Position numbers and translations under genes: made by a program
The notes under the pieces: generated by a model
The model's input: only the letters and a program-made list of their open reading frames with translations
The model's database searches: none
Told to the model about the DNA's origin: nothing
In this document: piece by piece, positions 49,181-58,258 of the stretch
How positions within the stretch are numbered: position 1 is the stretch's first letter
Layout: each line of letters begins with the position of its first letter
Assembly (NCBI GenBank): GCA_050732695.1
Contig: JBOHRL010000079.1
Location: 1 to 61,590 of the forward strand
Reading direction: 5' to 3'
DNA: 61,590 nucleotides
Source of the DNA: Longimicrobiales bacterium
GTDB lineage: Bacteria > Gemmatimonadota > Gemmatimonadetes > Longimicrobiales > RSA9

Positions 49181-50221
49181 ATGAGGCGAGTCGTCGGGAC
49201 GGGATTGCTGAGTCTCGGGATGTTGGGGTGCGGTGTGGACGCATCGAATGATGAGGGGAGCGGGCCGCTCCGGGAGGATGGGCCGATCCGGATCGTTCGC
49301 GAGATCGCGGTCGCATACGAGGCCGAAGGCGAGGATTTTCTGTACCGGCCGACGGACGTCGTGCTTTCGGGCGACACGATTGTCGTCGTCGATAACGGCA
49401 ATGACCGCCTCGTGCTGCTGGATCTGGAGCTGAATGTGCTCGGATCGATCGGCCGGACGGGCGCGGGTCCGGGCGAGTTTGCGGCCCCGGTTTCGGTGCG
49501 CGTGACGCCGTCGGAGATCATCGTGGCGGAGATCGACAATGGTCGGTTCTCGGTGTTCGACCGGACGGGCGCATTCGTGCGCACGATCGGCGACATGGCG
49601 TTGGCAACGGAATTCGCGCTTGATTCGCGCGGAGCGATGTACCGGCCGGCGCCCTCGATGACACACCATGCGTACCGGGTCACGGAGGAGGGCGAAACGC
49701 TGTTCGCTCCCCGGCGGGATACGGTGGAGGAAGGCCCCGAGTGGGATGCGATCATGATGGGCGCGCGCGAGTCGCGGGTGGCGGTTACGGCCGGGGACAC
49801 GATGCACGTTTTCAACGACACGGACGGGACGCTGTCGAAGTATGCGCCGGATGGGACTCGCCTTGTAACGCGTGAGCTTCCCGGCAACCTGCTCGATTCA
49901 CTGAAGGCAGGGCGGGCGGCGCTTGTGAATTCACTGTCGCGATTGGGTGTCAACGAGTATGCGGCCACGCTCATCCACTCCTTCGCCACAACGGAGCGGA
50001 ACGAGATCATCATCGCATTGAACGCCGGCAACACGGTGGGCCTGGTGGTAGATCCTGTTACGTATCGGGCCCGGCGCTTGACGGTGCCGGAGATGAACGC
50101 GAACTGGGCGCCGCTCAAGACGGCGAGGGCGATGGCCTTGCGAGACGACCGTCTGTACATCGTGTCAGAGAGTCAGCTGTATCTGTATGAGGTCGATCGT
50201 TCGGAAGGCGGTATGCCGTGA
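49181..50221 (+). CDS. NHL/6-bladed beta-propeller lipoprotein
   Basis: RBS GGAGG then MRRVVGTGLLSLGMLGC (lipobox). Repeated DxxVxDxxNxRL / GxGPGEF motifs (IVVVDNGNDRLVLLDLELNVLGSIGRTGAGPGEFAAP, IIVAEIDNGRFSVFD). Confidence 0.65.
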   Translation: MRRVVGTGLLSLGMLGCGVDASNDEGSGPLREDGPIRIVREIAVAYEAEGEDFLYRPTDVVLSGDTIVVVDNGNDRLVLLDLELNVLGSIGRTGAGPGEFAAPVSVRVTPSEIIVAEIDNGRFSVFDRTGAFVRTIGDMALATEFALDSRGAMYRPAPSMTHHAYRVTEEGETLFAPRRDTVEEGPEWDAIMMGARESRVAVTAGDTMHVFNDTDGTLSKYAPDGTRLVTRELPGNLLDSLKAGRAALVNSLSRLGVNEYAATLIHSFATTERNEIIIALNAGNTVGLVVDPVTYRARRLTVPEMNANWAPLKTARAMALRDDRLYIVSESQLYLYEVDRSEGGMP

Positions 50222-50955
50222 TTCGGTTGCCCTCATTCACGCAGGTCGTCGCGGTCGTCGCCGTGTTCGGCGGGTCGGCGATGGGCGGATCGGCATGGCG
50301 AGCGAGCGCCGGTGCAGTTCGCGTCGAGCCGCTGGCCGCGCCGATCGCGTTCCTGCCCGAGGACGGTGCGCTTCGGCGTGGTCCGGGCGGAGCGCCGGCC
50401 GTTCACGTGTTCGGGGACTACGAATGCCCATCGTGTCGCGCGTTCGAGGCGAGGGCGGGCAAGGCCCTTCGGGCGCTCGCCGATGCCGGCCGGCTGCACC
50501 TTGTCTATCATGATGCGACGCTGTCTGCCCACCGGTGGGGCAATGCGGCGGCCGCCGCAGTTCACTGCGCTGTCCGCGATGAGAACGGCAAGCGGTTGGA
50601 TGATGAGCCGGACGATCCGATGCAGCCGATGGATGAGCGCGGCTGGATGGTCCACGACGCAATCTACGAACAGGCAGCCGAATGGAAGCAGGCGGCTGAC
50701 CCGCCCGCGGCGATTGCGCGATCTGCTGCCGAGGCGATGGGTGACGGCGGAGGTGAGAAGCCGAGCGGGATCGCGCGTCTCGAGGACTGCATGGCGGGTG
50801 AGCACACGTGGAGTGTGCTGCGTGAAGCGCGCGATCGTGCGCGACGCGCCGGCATCCACGAAGTGCCGGCGGTCATTGCCGGTGGTCAGCGCCTGCGCTT
50901 CACGTCGTACCGTTCTCTCGTTCGCTACGTGACGAAGCGAGTCGCGACCCCTTGA
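50218..50955 (+). CDS. DsbA-like thioredoxin-fold thiol:disulfide oxidoreductase
   Basis: N-terminal signal/anchor. CPSC active-site motif in HVFGDYECPSCRAFEARAG. The GTG start overlaps the upstream stop (GTGA). Confidence 0.7.
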   Translation: MIRLPSFTQVVAVVAVFGGSAMGGSAWRASAGAVRVEPLAAPIAFLPEDGALRRGPGGAPAVHVFGDYECPSCRAFEARAGKALRALADAGRLHLVYHDATLSAHRWGNAAAAAVHCAVRDENGKRLDDEPDDPMQPMDERGWMVHDAIYEQAAEWKQAADPPAAIARSAAEAMGDGGGEKPSGIARLEDCMAGEHTWSVLREARDRARRAGIHEVPAVIAGGQRLRFTSYRSLVRYVTKRVATP

Positions 50956-51070
50956 CCGGCTCGTTCCACCCGCCTTATTTCTTCCCGGATTCTGACTCGC
51001 AGTGCCATGCCGTTGTGTGACGCGCACCTGCGCATCGCCCGCCGAACTCCCTCGAGAGAGGACGACCATC

Positions 51071-54000
51071 ATGACCGCGACCCACGAACCGCGCCAGCGG
51101 TTGGCTGCGCCGGGTTCTCCGCTCGCCGCTGTAGCCGAATCCGCACGCCCGGCATCCGCGCGATCCGCGCAGGACGGCCACGGTCTTCGAAGCCGGATCG
51201 ACCGGTGCCGCGTCCTGTTCGCGTTGGCCGCGATTCTCGCGGTGCAGCCGGTCATACCTGTGGCCGCTCAGCAGACATCAGCGGCTGCACGCGAGATGGC
51301 GAATGCCGCCATGACTCCAGCGGCTGCGCCGTTCTTCCAGGCATTCCAGTGGCGCAACATCGGTCCCGCGAACATGTCCGGCCGAGTCACGGACATCGAG
51401 GCCGTCGAGGCGAATCCAGCCATCGTGTATGTCGGTTCGGCGTCGGGTGGTGTGTGGAAGTCGACGAACGCAGGCACGACGTGGACCATGACGAGCGAGG
51501 AGTTCGGTACGGGCAACATCGGCGACATCGCGATCTTCCAGCCGAACCCGGACATCGTCTGGGTGGGCACGGGCGAGGCCTGCGTTCGCAACAGCGTGGG
51601 TTGGGGCGATGGTGTGTATCGTTCGATGGATGGCGGCCAGACGTGGAACAACGTCGGGTTACGCGACACGCACCACATCAGCGAAGTCCTGACACACCCG
51701 ACGGATCCGGATGTCGCGTACGTCGCGTCGCAGGGACATCTGTGGGGTCACGAGGGCGAGCATGGAATCTACCGCACGACGGACGGCGGCAGGACGTGGG
51801 AAGCGCTCACGGACGGTTTGCCGAATGACGGAAGGACCGGGGCCAGCGACCTCGTCATGGATCCGACCAATCCGAACATCCTGTACGCCGGCTTGTGGGA
51901 ACGGATTCGTATGCCACACCGCTTCCTCTCGGGCGGGCCAAACGGCGGGATCTACAAGAGCACCGATGGCGGCGAGTCGTGGACCCGGCTCACGAACGGG
52001 CTTCCAACCGGTGACATCGGCAAGATCGGCCTGAGCATTTTCCGGCGTGACTCACGCATTCTGACCGCCATCGTCGAGCATGGTTTTCAGCCGGACGAAG
52101 ACAGCGTAGACTTCGCTGACATGTCGAAACTCGGCACCGGCATCTACCGCTCGGAAGACGGCGGCCAGAGCTGGCAGTACCTGAGCCGTTTCAACAACCG
52201 GCCCTTCTATTACAGCCACATCTGGATCGACCCGAACGAGGCAGCGCGGCTGTACGTGCTCGCCGGCAACGGTCAGATTTCGGAGGACGCCGGCCGCACG
52301 TTCGCGCGTTCGATGGAGGGCATCGCCGGCGACTTCCACGCACTGTGGGTCGATCCCGCCAACAGCAGGCGGTTCTACGTCGGCAATGACAAGGGCGCCT
52401 ACGTCACATATGACGGCGGCGAAACCTTCGTGATGTTCGACAACATGGACATCGGCCAGTTCTACGCAGTGACGGCAGACAACCGTGACCCCTACTGGGT
52501 GTACGGCGGCCTCCAGGACAACGGCAACTGGGGCGGGCCCAGCAACAGCCGGGACTACAACGGCGTTCTGAACGATCACTGGTTCAAGTTCCATTCGGGT
52601 GACGGCTTCCACACGACGGTCGACCCGAACGACTGGCGGACCGTGTACACGGAGAGCCAGGGCGGCAACCTGCGCCGTCTCGATGCCGTCTTCCGGCAGC
52701 AGGGCGAAAGCATCACTCCGAACCCGGAGACCGTCCTGAACCTGGCCGCCGTACTGCCGAATTATGCCGGCGCCGACGACGAGTTGGAAGGGCCAACGTT
52801 CCGCTTCAACTGGTCGTCGCCGATCATCCTCTCACCACACGATTCGAAGACGATCTGGTTCGGCGGCAATTATCTGTTCAGGAGCACCGATCGCGGCGAA
52901 ACGTGGATGATCGCGAGTCCCGATCTGTCGAACGCCGATACGGCGCATATCAATCCGCAGAGCGGCGGCCTGACGCGTGACGTGACTTCGGCCGAAACAC
53001 ATGCCACCGCGATCACGATCTCGGAGTCGCCCATCATTCCGGGCCTCGTGTGGGTCGGTACGGACGACGGCAACGTGCAGGTAACGCGGGACGGCGGCCG
53101 CACCTGGACCAACGTCCGCGGCAAACTCTCCACCGAATCGGAGGGCGTACCGGCGGGTACGTGGGTGAGCCGGGTTGAAGCTTCGTTCTACGATCCGGGG
53201 ACGGCATACGCGACGTTCGATGGTCATCGCATGAACGACTTCCGGCCCTACGTGTTCAGGACCACGGACTTCGGCGCGACATGGACGTCCGTCACGGGGA
53301 ATCTGCCGGCAGACGAACCCGTCTACGTTGTCGAGGAGGACCCGAAGAATCGCAACCTGCTGTACGCGGGAACCGAGTTCGGCGCATACGCCACGCTCGA
53401 TGGCGGCACGACGTGGCATCGCATCAACAACAACCTGCCATCCGTCGCGGTCCACGATCTCATTGTACACCCGCGTGAGGGCGACCTCATCGCGGCAACG
53501 CACGGACGCAGCATCTGGATTCTCGATGACATCTCGCCGCTCCAGCAACTGACGGACGGGATCATGGCCATGGACGCGTACATGTTCAGGAATCGTGTCG
53601 CGACGAAGTGGCGGGCGACCAGCCGGGGTGCGACGCGCGGCCACATGCTCTTCATGGGCAGGAACCCGCTCACCATTGCGCAGGAGTCACCGGAGAACTC
53701 GCCACGCGAGCTTCAGAACTCCGCGGCCATCCACTTCTGGCTGAAAGCCCAGCCTTCCAGCCCGGCGCGCCTCGAGATCACCGACATCGCAGGTCAACAC
53801 ACATTCACTGCTGACATCCAGGCGAGGACGGGTGTGAACAGATACCTGTGGAACATGCACTTCAATCCGCCCCCGCGCGTTGCCGGCGGGCGGGGTGGAC
53901 AGGGCGGCCAGGGCGGTCAGGGCGGTCAGGGCGGTCAGGGTCGTGGAGGCGGACGGGGCGGACAGCCGCAGGGGCCGGAAGCGGGACCGGGGAGCTACAT

Positions 54001-54082
54001 CGTCAAGCTGACGGTGAACGGGCAGACGGTACAGGGCACGGTCGCGATCCGTGAGGATCCGGCATTGCGCGCGGCGAATTGA
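51071..54082 (+). CDS. Sortilin/VPS10-like BNR (Asp-box) repeat beta-propeller secreted protein, paralogue 2
   Basis: ATG at 51071 in frame with ORF 51002-54082. Asp-box repeats (KSTNAGTTW, RSMDGGQTW, RTTDGGRTW, KSTDGGESW, RSEDGGQSW, RSTDRGETW, TRDGGRTW). (GGQ)n low-complexity insert near the C-terminus. Confidence 0.8.
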   Translation: MTATHEPRQRLAAPGSPLAAVAESARPASARSAQDGHGLRSRIDRCRVLFALAAILAVQPVIPVAAQQTSAAAREMANAAMTPAAAPFFQAFQWRNIGPANMSGRVTDIEAVEANPAIVYVGSASGGVWKSTNAGTTWTMTSEEFGTGNIGDIAIFQPNPDIVWVGTGEACVRNSVGWGDGVYRSMDGGQTWNNVGLRDTHHISEVLTHPTDPDVAYVASQGHLWGHEGEHGIYRTTDGGRTWEALTDGLPNDGRTGASDLVMDPTNPNILYAGLWERIRMPHRFLSGGPNGGIYKSTDGGESWTRLTNGLPTGDIGKIGLSIFRRDSRILTAIVEHGFQPDEDSVDFADMSKLGTGIYRSEDGGQSWQYLSRFNNRPFYYSHIWIDPNEAARLYVLAGNGQISEDAGRTFARSMEGIAGDFHALWVDPANSRRFYVGNDKGAYVTYDGGETFVMFDNMDIGQFYAVTADNRDPYWVYGGLQDNGNWGGPSNSRDYNGVLNDHWFKFHSGDGFHTTVDPNDWRTVYTESQGGNLRRLDAVFRQQGESITPNPETVLNLAAVLPNYAGADDELEGPTFRFNWSSPIILSPHDSKTIWFGGNYLFRSTDRGETWMIASPDLSNADTAHINPQSGGLTRDVTSAETHATAITISESPIIPGLVWVGTDDGNVQVTRDGGRTWTNVRGKLSTESEGVPAGTWVSRVEASFYDPGTAYATFDGHRMNDFRPYVFRTTDFGATWTSVTGNLPADEPVYVVEEDPKNRNLLYAGTEFGAYATLDGGTTWHRINNNLPSVAVHDLIVHPREGDLIAATHGRSIWILDDISPLQQLTDGIMAMDAYMFRNRVATKWRATSRGATRGHMLFMGRNPLTIAQESPENSPRELQNSAAIHFWLKAQPSSPARLEITDIAGQHTFTADIQARTGVNRYLWNMHFNPPPRVAGGRGGQGGQGGQGGQGGQGRGGGRGGQPQGPEAGPGSYIVKLTVNGQTVQGTVAIREDPALRAAN
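53895..53955. repeat. In-frame GGNCAG nonamer microsatellite encoding (Gly-Gly-Gln)n inside sortilin paralogue 2
   Basis: GGTGGACAG GGCGGCCAG GGCGGTCAG GGCGGTCAG GGCGGTCAG GGTCGTGGA GGCGGACGG. Confidence 0.5.
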
Positions 54083-54160
54083 GCCAGCGGACGTGCGGCG
54101 GTCCAGATGCGGGCGCACATGAGCTGAATCGCCGCGCGACAAACCGAATGACGCATCATG

Positions 54161-54286
54161 GCTGGTTTCTCTGGCCGTTTCTGGAACGGATCGGAATGCT
54201 CATGCAGGGCGCAGCCGCAGGCCGCGACCATCCATCCGTTCGCCGTGAACCAGAAACCAGCCCCAGAAACCAGCCCCAGAAACGCC
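54161..54286. repeat. Intergenic imperfect inverted repeat whose right arm is a 3x tandem 14-mer (CAGAAACCAGCCCC)
   Basis: Left arm GCTGGTTTCTCTGGCCGTTTCTGG (54161-54184). Right arm CCAGAAACCAGCCCCAGAAACCAGCCCCAGAAACGCC (54250-54286). Confidence 0.4.
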
Positions 54287-54332
54287 TCTTCTGAATGAGT
54301 CGTAACCCTCCGCATTCTTCACGGTCGAGGTC

Positions 54333-55454
54333 ATGAGCGGTCGCATCCGCAGAGTGCGCACGATCGACGCGCACGCGGCGGGTGAACCGCTTCGCGTCAT
54401 TCTCGATGGCTTTCCACAGCCGCCCGGTTCTACGGTCCTCGAACGTCGCCGCTGGGCACGCGAGAATGCCGATGCGCTACGAACCGCACTCATGTGGGAA
54501 CCGCGCGGGCATGCGGACATGTACGGCTGTCTGCTCATGCCACCTGCTTCACCCGATGGCGACCTCGCCGTGCTCTTCCTGCACAACGAAGGCTTCAGCA
54601 CGATGTGCGGACACGGCATCATTGCAGTGACCACGGTGCTGCTCGAAACCGGCCTGTTCGCGCCCACACCCCCCATAACGGAACTGCGCATTGACACACC
54701 GGCCGGCCGTGTCACTGCACACGCCCATGTCCGCGTTGGGCCGGACCACGAATCAGAGGTCCGCACTGAACCGGAGGTCGGCATTGAAAGAGAGGTCCGC
54801 GTCGAGTCGGACGTCCCCGTCGGGCAAGCCGTCCGCGCCGGGCCGGCGGTGCGCGTCGACCGCGTGACATTCAGGAACGTTCCGTCGTTCGTGGTTGAAC
54901 TCGACGCCGTTGTCGATGTGCCAGGTCTCGGGGCGGTTCGGTACGACCTTGCGTACGGAGGCGCGTTCTACGCGTACGTCGATGCGGCTACGCTGGGACT
55001 GGACTGCACGCCGGAACAGTTCCGTTCCCTCATCGACACGGGCATGCGCATCAAGCACGTCGTCATGGCAAGTCGACGCATCGAGCACCCGCACGAACCA
55101 GACCTGGGTTTCCTCTACGGGACCATCTTCACGGGCGAGGCGAAGTCGGAGACGGCGCACAGCCGCAACGTCTGTGTGTTTGCGGACGGCGAGGTCGATC
55201 GCAGCCCGACCGGCACGGGAGTGAGTGGCCGGCTCGCCATTCATCACGCCCGCGGGGAACTGCGCGTCGGAACGACGATCGAGGTCGAAAGCATTCTCGG
55301 CACTCGCTTCAGCGGACGCGTCCTCGAGGAAACCACGTGCGGTCCGTTCGCCGCCGTGATTCCGGAGATCGGCGGCAGTGCGTGGATCACCGGCCAGAAT
55401 GAAATCGTGATCGACCCCTCGGATCCGTTGCGCAGCGGATTCCTGCTCCGTTGA
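54333..55454 (+). CDS. Proline racemase-family enzyme with Cys/Thr catalytic pair; predicted trans-3-hydroxy-L-proline dehydratase
   Basis: Family blocks IDAHAAGEPLRVIL, first catalytic motif STMCGHG (Cys) and second motif DRSPTGTGVSGRLA (Thr in place of Cys). Contains an insert with short repeats (EVRTEPEVGIEREVRVESDV). Confidence 0.85.
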   Translation: MSGRIRRVRTIDAHAAGEPLRVILDGFPQPPGSTVLERRRWARENADALRTALMWEPRGHADMYGCLLMPPASPDGDLAVLFLHNEGFSTMCGHGIIAVTTVLLETGLFAPTPPITELRIDTPAGRVTAHAHVRVGPDHESEVRTEPEVGIEREVRVESDVPVGQAVRAGPAVRVDRVTFRNVPSFVVELDAVVDVPGLGAVRYDLAYGGAFYAYVDAATLGLDCTPEQFRSLIDTGMRIKHVVMASRRIEHPHEPDLGFLYGTIFTGEAKSETAHSRNVCVFADGEVDRSPTGTGVSGRLAIHHARGELRVGTTIEVESILGTRFSGRVLEETTCGPFAAVIPEIGGSAWITGQNEIVIDPSDPLRSGFLLR

Positions 55455-55820
55455 AACCGGCGGATCGCTCTGCGCGCCGCGGCGCGCTACGTGCGCCGGC
55501 AGTGCCAGCGTCTCCATCCCCGGCGCTTCGAGCTCGAGCCCGCCATCCGCGAACGCGACGCGGATCTTGAGCCATGCGCGGTGTGATCGCTGTGTCAGGA
55601 AACGGCCATTCCTTACCACGATCATCCAACGCCGGTCGTCGCGAAAACCGAACGCATCGAGATCCCATGCGTCGACCTCGATGGCTGATGTGCCCTTGAT
55701 CGGATGAACAAACAGACGCGCAACACGGGCGACCGGGTTCGTCACCTGCCGGATCCCGCAAACGCTCAGCCGGCAACCCCATCGGGTGGCGCCGGGATCG
55801 TATTCATCGAGGGCGCGCAT
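55455..55820 (-). pseudogene. MOSC N-terminal beta-barrel domain fragment (truncated MOSC-family gene remnant)
   Basis: Minus-strand frame encodes MRALDEYDPGATRWG...VARLFVHPIKGTSAIEVDAWDLDAFGFRDDRRWMIVVRNGRFLTQRSHRAWLKIRV, which matches the MOSC_N pattern. The frame then runs antisense through the racemase gene with no MOSC catalytic domain. Confidence 0.3.
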
Positions 55821-56015
55821 GGCCTCGGGCCGGGTATGACTACGACATTCATAGTACACAGGGGCGGATGGGCCTGGCCAAACGGCTCGGTGGGGGCTGG
55901 CGCGAGGACGAACAATCGAGCCAGAATCGTGTACGTCGAAGGGGTCCGGCGGCTCGCCGAAGAGGCGGGGTGGACCAGCCGGACGAGGAAAGCGGTGAAC
56001 AGGGAGGAATGAAAC

Positions 56016-57497
56016 GTGAGCGCGAAGATTCGAACTGCGTTGGCGGCAGCAGGCCTTGCGGTTGCGATTGTAGTAGCGGCGACGGGCATCGAGACGATGC
56101 GGCAGGGGCATGCGGCGGAGCCGCCGGTGTCAGCGCCGGCATCGGTGCAACAGACGCAGAATGCGGTTAGCGGCCCGGAAACGCTGTCGCGTGCGTTCCG
56201 CACGGCGTCGCAGGAAGCGATGGCATCGGTGGTCTACGTGCAGGTGGAATCGCAGCGACGGGTTGTGACGTCGCTGTGGCCGTTCGGGAATCAGGGTCAG
56301 GCGGAGACGATTCCGCAAACCGGCAGTGGCTCGGGCGTGATTTTCAGAGCGGATGGCTACATTCTGACGAACAACCACGTTGTGCAGGACGCGTCGCGAG
56401 TCGAGGTAACGTTGACGGATGGGCGGCAATTCGTGGCCGAGGTGATTGGGCGTGATCCGCGAACGGACATTGCGGTGGTTCGCATCGACGCAGCGGATCT
56501 GCCGGCGGCGCAGCTTGGCGCTGCGGACGAGATGCAGGTTGGTGACTGGGTCGTAGCGCTCGGTTATCCGTTGTCCCTGGGATCGACGGCGACGGCGGGA
56601 ATTGTGAGCGCGAAAGGCCGTTCGCTCGGCATTCTGAGGCAGAACGGGGAGGTCGATCCGGAGATGACGCTGGAGGCGTTCATTCAGACGGATGCGGCGA
56701 TCAATCCGGGCAATTCGGGTGGCGCGCTGGTGAATCTGGAAGGTGAGGTCATCGGCATCAATACGGCGATCGCGAGTCGAACGGGCTTCTACTCGGGGTA
56801 CGGCTTCGCGGTACCGATCGATCTGGCGAAGCGTGTTGCAGACGATCTGATCGAATACGGCGAGTACCGCCGTCCGCGGCTGGGCGTAGGTGTGCAGTCG
56901 CTGTCGCCGGCAGACGTAGAGATATACAAGGTGCCCACGAACAAGGGTGCGGAAGTGATCCAGGTCGATCCGAGCGGGCCGGGTGAGGCGGCGGGACTGG
57001 AGTTGGGCGATGTCATCGTGACACTCGACTCGAAGCCGATCGAGGACAGCAATCAATTGATCGAGATGCTCGCGGTGTATCAGCCTGGCCAGCAGGTCGA
57101 GCTGGAAGTATATCGTGATGGCAGCAAGCGCACGATCGATGCGAAGCTGGGAGTGTTCGAAACGGGCCGCCGCCCGGATCGTGTGGCTGAAGCTCCGCGC
57201 GACGATGGTGTGGGCAAGCTCGGTTTCGCGGCCGCGAACATCACGGACCGGCTGGCGGAGCAGTTCAAGCTTCAGACGACGGATGGCGTCGTGATTACGG
57301 ACGTGAACCCGCGCAGCGGCGCGGCCCCGTACCTGCAACCCGGCGTGATTGTCGAACGTGTGAACGGTACGCCGGTCAGGACCGTCGATGATCTTCAGAA
57401 GACGGCTGAGGGTCTGCGAGAAGGAGCGGCTGTGTCCATGGTCGTCCGTTTCCCGGATGGCACGCAGCGGATCGTGAATTATCGGCCTTCCGCCTGA
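56016..57497 (+). CDS. HtrA/DegP/DegQ-family periplasmic serine endoprotease with two PDZ domains
   Basis: GTG start. Signal peptide, trypsin-like domain with catalytic triad context (TNNHVV, DIAVVRI, GNSGGALVNLEGEVIGINTAI), then two PDZ-like regions. Confidence 0.9.
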   Translation: MSAKIRTALAAAGLAVAIVVAATGIETMRQGHAAEPPVSAPASVQQTQNAVSGPETLSRAFRTASQEAMASVVYVQVESQRRVVTSLWPFGNQGQAETIPQTGSGSGVIFRADGYILTNNHVVQDASRVEVTLTDGRQFVAEVIGRDPRTDIAVVRIDAADLPAAQLGAADEMQVGDWVVALGYPLSLGSTATAGIVSAKGRSLGILRQNGEVDPEMTLEAFIQTDAAINPGNSGGALVNLEGEVIGINTAIASRTGFYSGYGFAVPIDLAKRVADDLIEYGEYRRPRLGVGVQSLSPADVEIYKVPTNKGAEVIQVDPSGPGEAAGLELGDVIVTLDSKPIEDSNQLIEMLAVYQPGQQVELEVYRDGSKRTIDAKLGVFETGRRPDRVAEAPRDDGVGKLGFAAANITDRLAEQFKLQTTDGVVITDVNPRSGAAPYLQPGVIVERVNGTPVRTVDDLQKTAEGLREGAAVSMVVRFPDGTQRIVNYRPSA

Positions 57498-57528
57498 TTG
57501 CTCGACAGCCATTCACTTCACATGAACT

Positions 57529-57567
57529 CAGAGAGGGCTCCCGTTCCGGGGGCCCTCTCTGTATTTC
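57529..57567. terminator. Rho-independent-type terminator hairpin downstream of the HtrA gene
   Basis: CAGAGAGGGCTCCCG-ttc-CGGGGGCCCTCTCTG (15-bp stem, one mismatch) followed by TATTT. Confidence 0.55.
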
Positions 57568-57745
57568 GCGAGTGACTCGACGGCCTCCGTGTCATGAGCC
57601 CATTGAGACGGGCGAAGACGAACGCCCGGCGAGTGCGGCCATCGCCGTCGTGACTTGCGTCGGGCACATGTGGCTTCGATCCGGTATTGCGCCCACGCCT
57701 CCGGTCGCGGAACTTGGCGCATGCCGGCAACAGGAGAGCAATGAG

Positions 57746-58207
57746 ATGCCCACGGACGGGGCGCCGCGTAGTGTTCTCGTACGATGCCCATTCTGTGCCA
57801 AACTGAATCGGGTGGACGCCGCGAGGGCAGCGGATCGACCGGCGTGTGGTGAGTGCGGCAAGCCGATTCTGCTGGACCGTCCCGTGACCGTGACGGATGC
57901 AGACCTCGAGCGCACCGTCGCGGAGTCCGATGTGCCGGTGCTGGTCGACTTTCACGCCGACTGGTGCGGGCCGTGCCGGGTGATGGCGCCGATCCTCGAT
58001 GAGATCGCGCGGGCTCGCGTCGGATCGATGCTCATCGGCAAGCTGGACACGGACCGGAATCCGAGCATGGCATTCAAGTACGCGATCCGCGGGCTGCCTA
58101 CCCTCGTCATGTTCCGCGGTGGCGAGGAGATCGGGCGCCAGGTGGGTCTTGCTCATCGCTCACAGATCGAGCAGCTGGTCGAAGACGCCATCGCCGAACC
58201 CCACTGA
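57746..58207 (+). CDS. Thioredoxin 2-type protein (N-terminal zinc-finger plus thioredoxin domain)
   Basis: Two CxxC pairs in the N-terminus (CPFCAKLN...CGECGKP), then a thioredoxin domain with WCGPC active site (VLVDFHADWCGPCRVMAPIL). RBS AGGAGAG upstream. Confidence 0.85.
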   Translation: MPTDGAPRSVLVRCPFCAKLNRVDAARAADRPACGECGKPILLDRPVTVTDADLERTVAESDVPVLVDFHADWCGPCRVMAPILDEIARARVGSMLIGKLDTDRNPSMAFKYAIRGLPTLVMFRGGEEIGRQVGLAHRSQIEQLVEDAIAEPH

Positions 58208-58258
58208 CGAGCTGATGGGCATCGTCTCAGCGCTGGCGCGCCCGATCTTCAGCGCCTC

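Noticed and set aside
54753-56111. Full 452-aa minus-strand ORF
   Set aside because: Only the ~120-aa MOSC_N-like segment outside the racemase gene looks genuine. The remainder lies antisense to the racemase CDS and was not called as coding.
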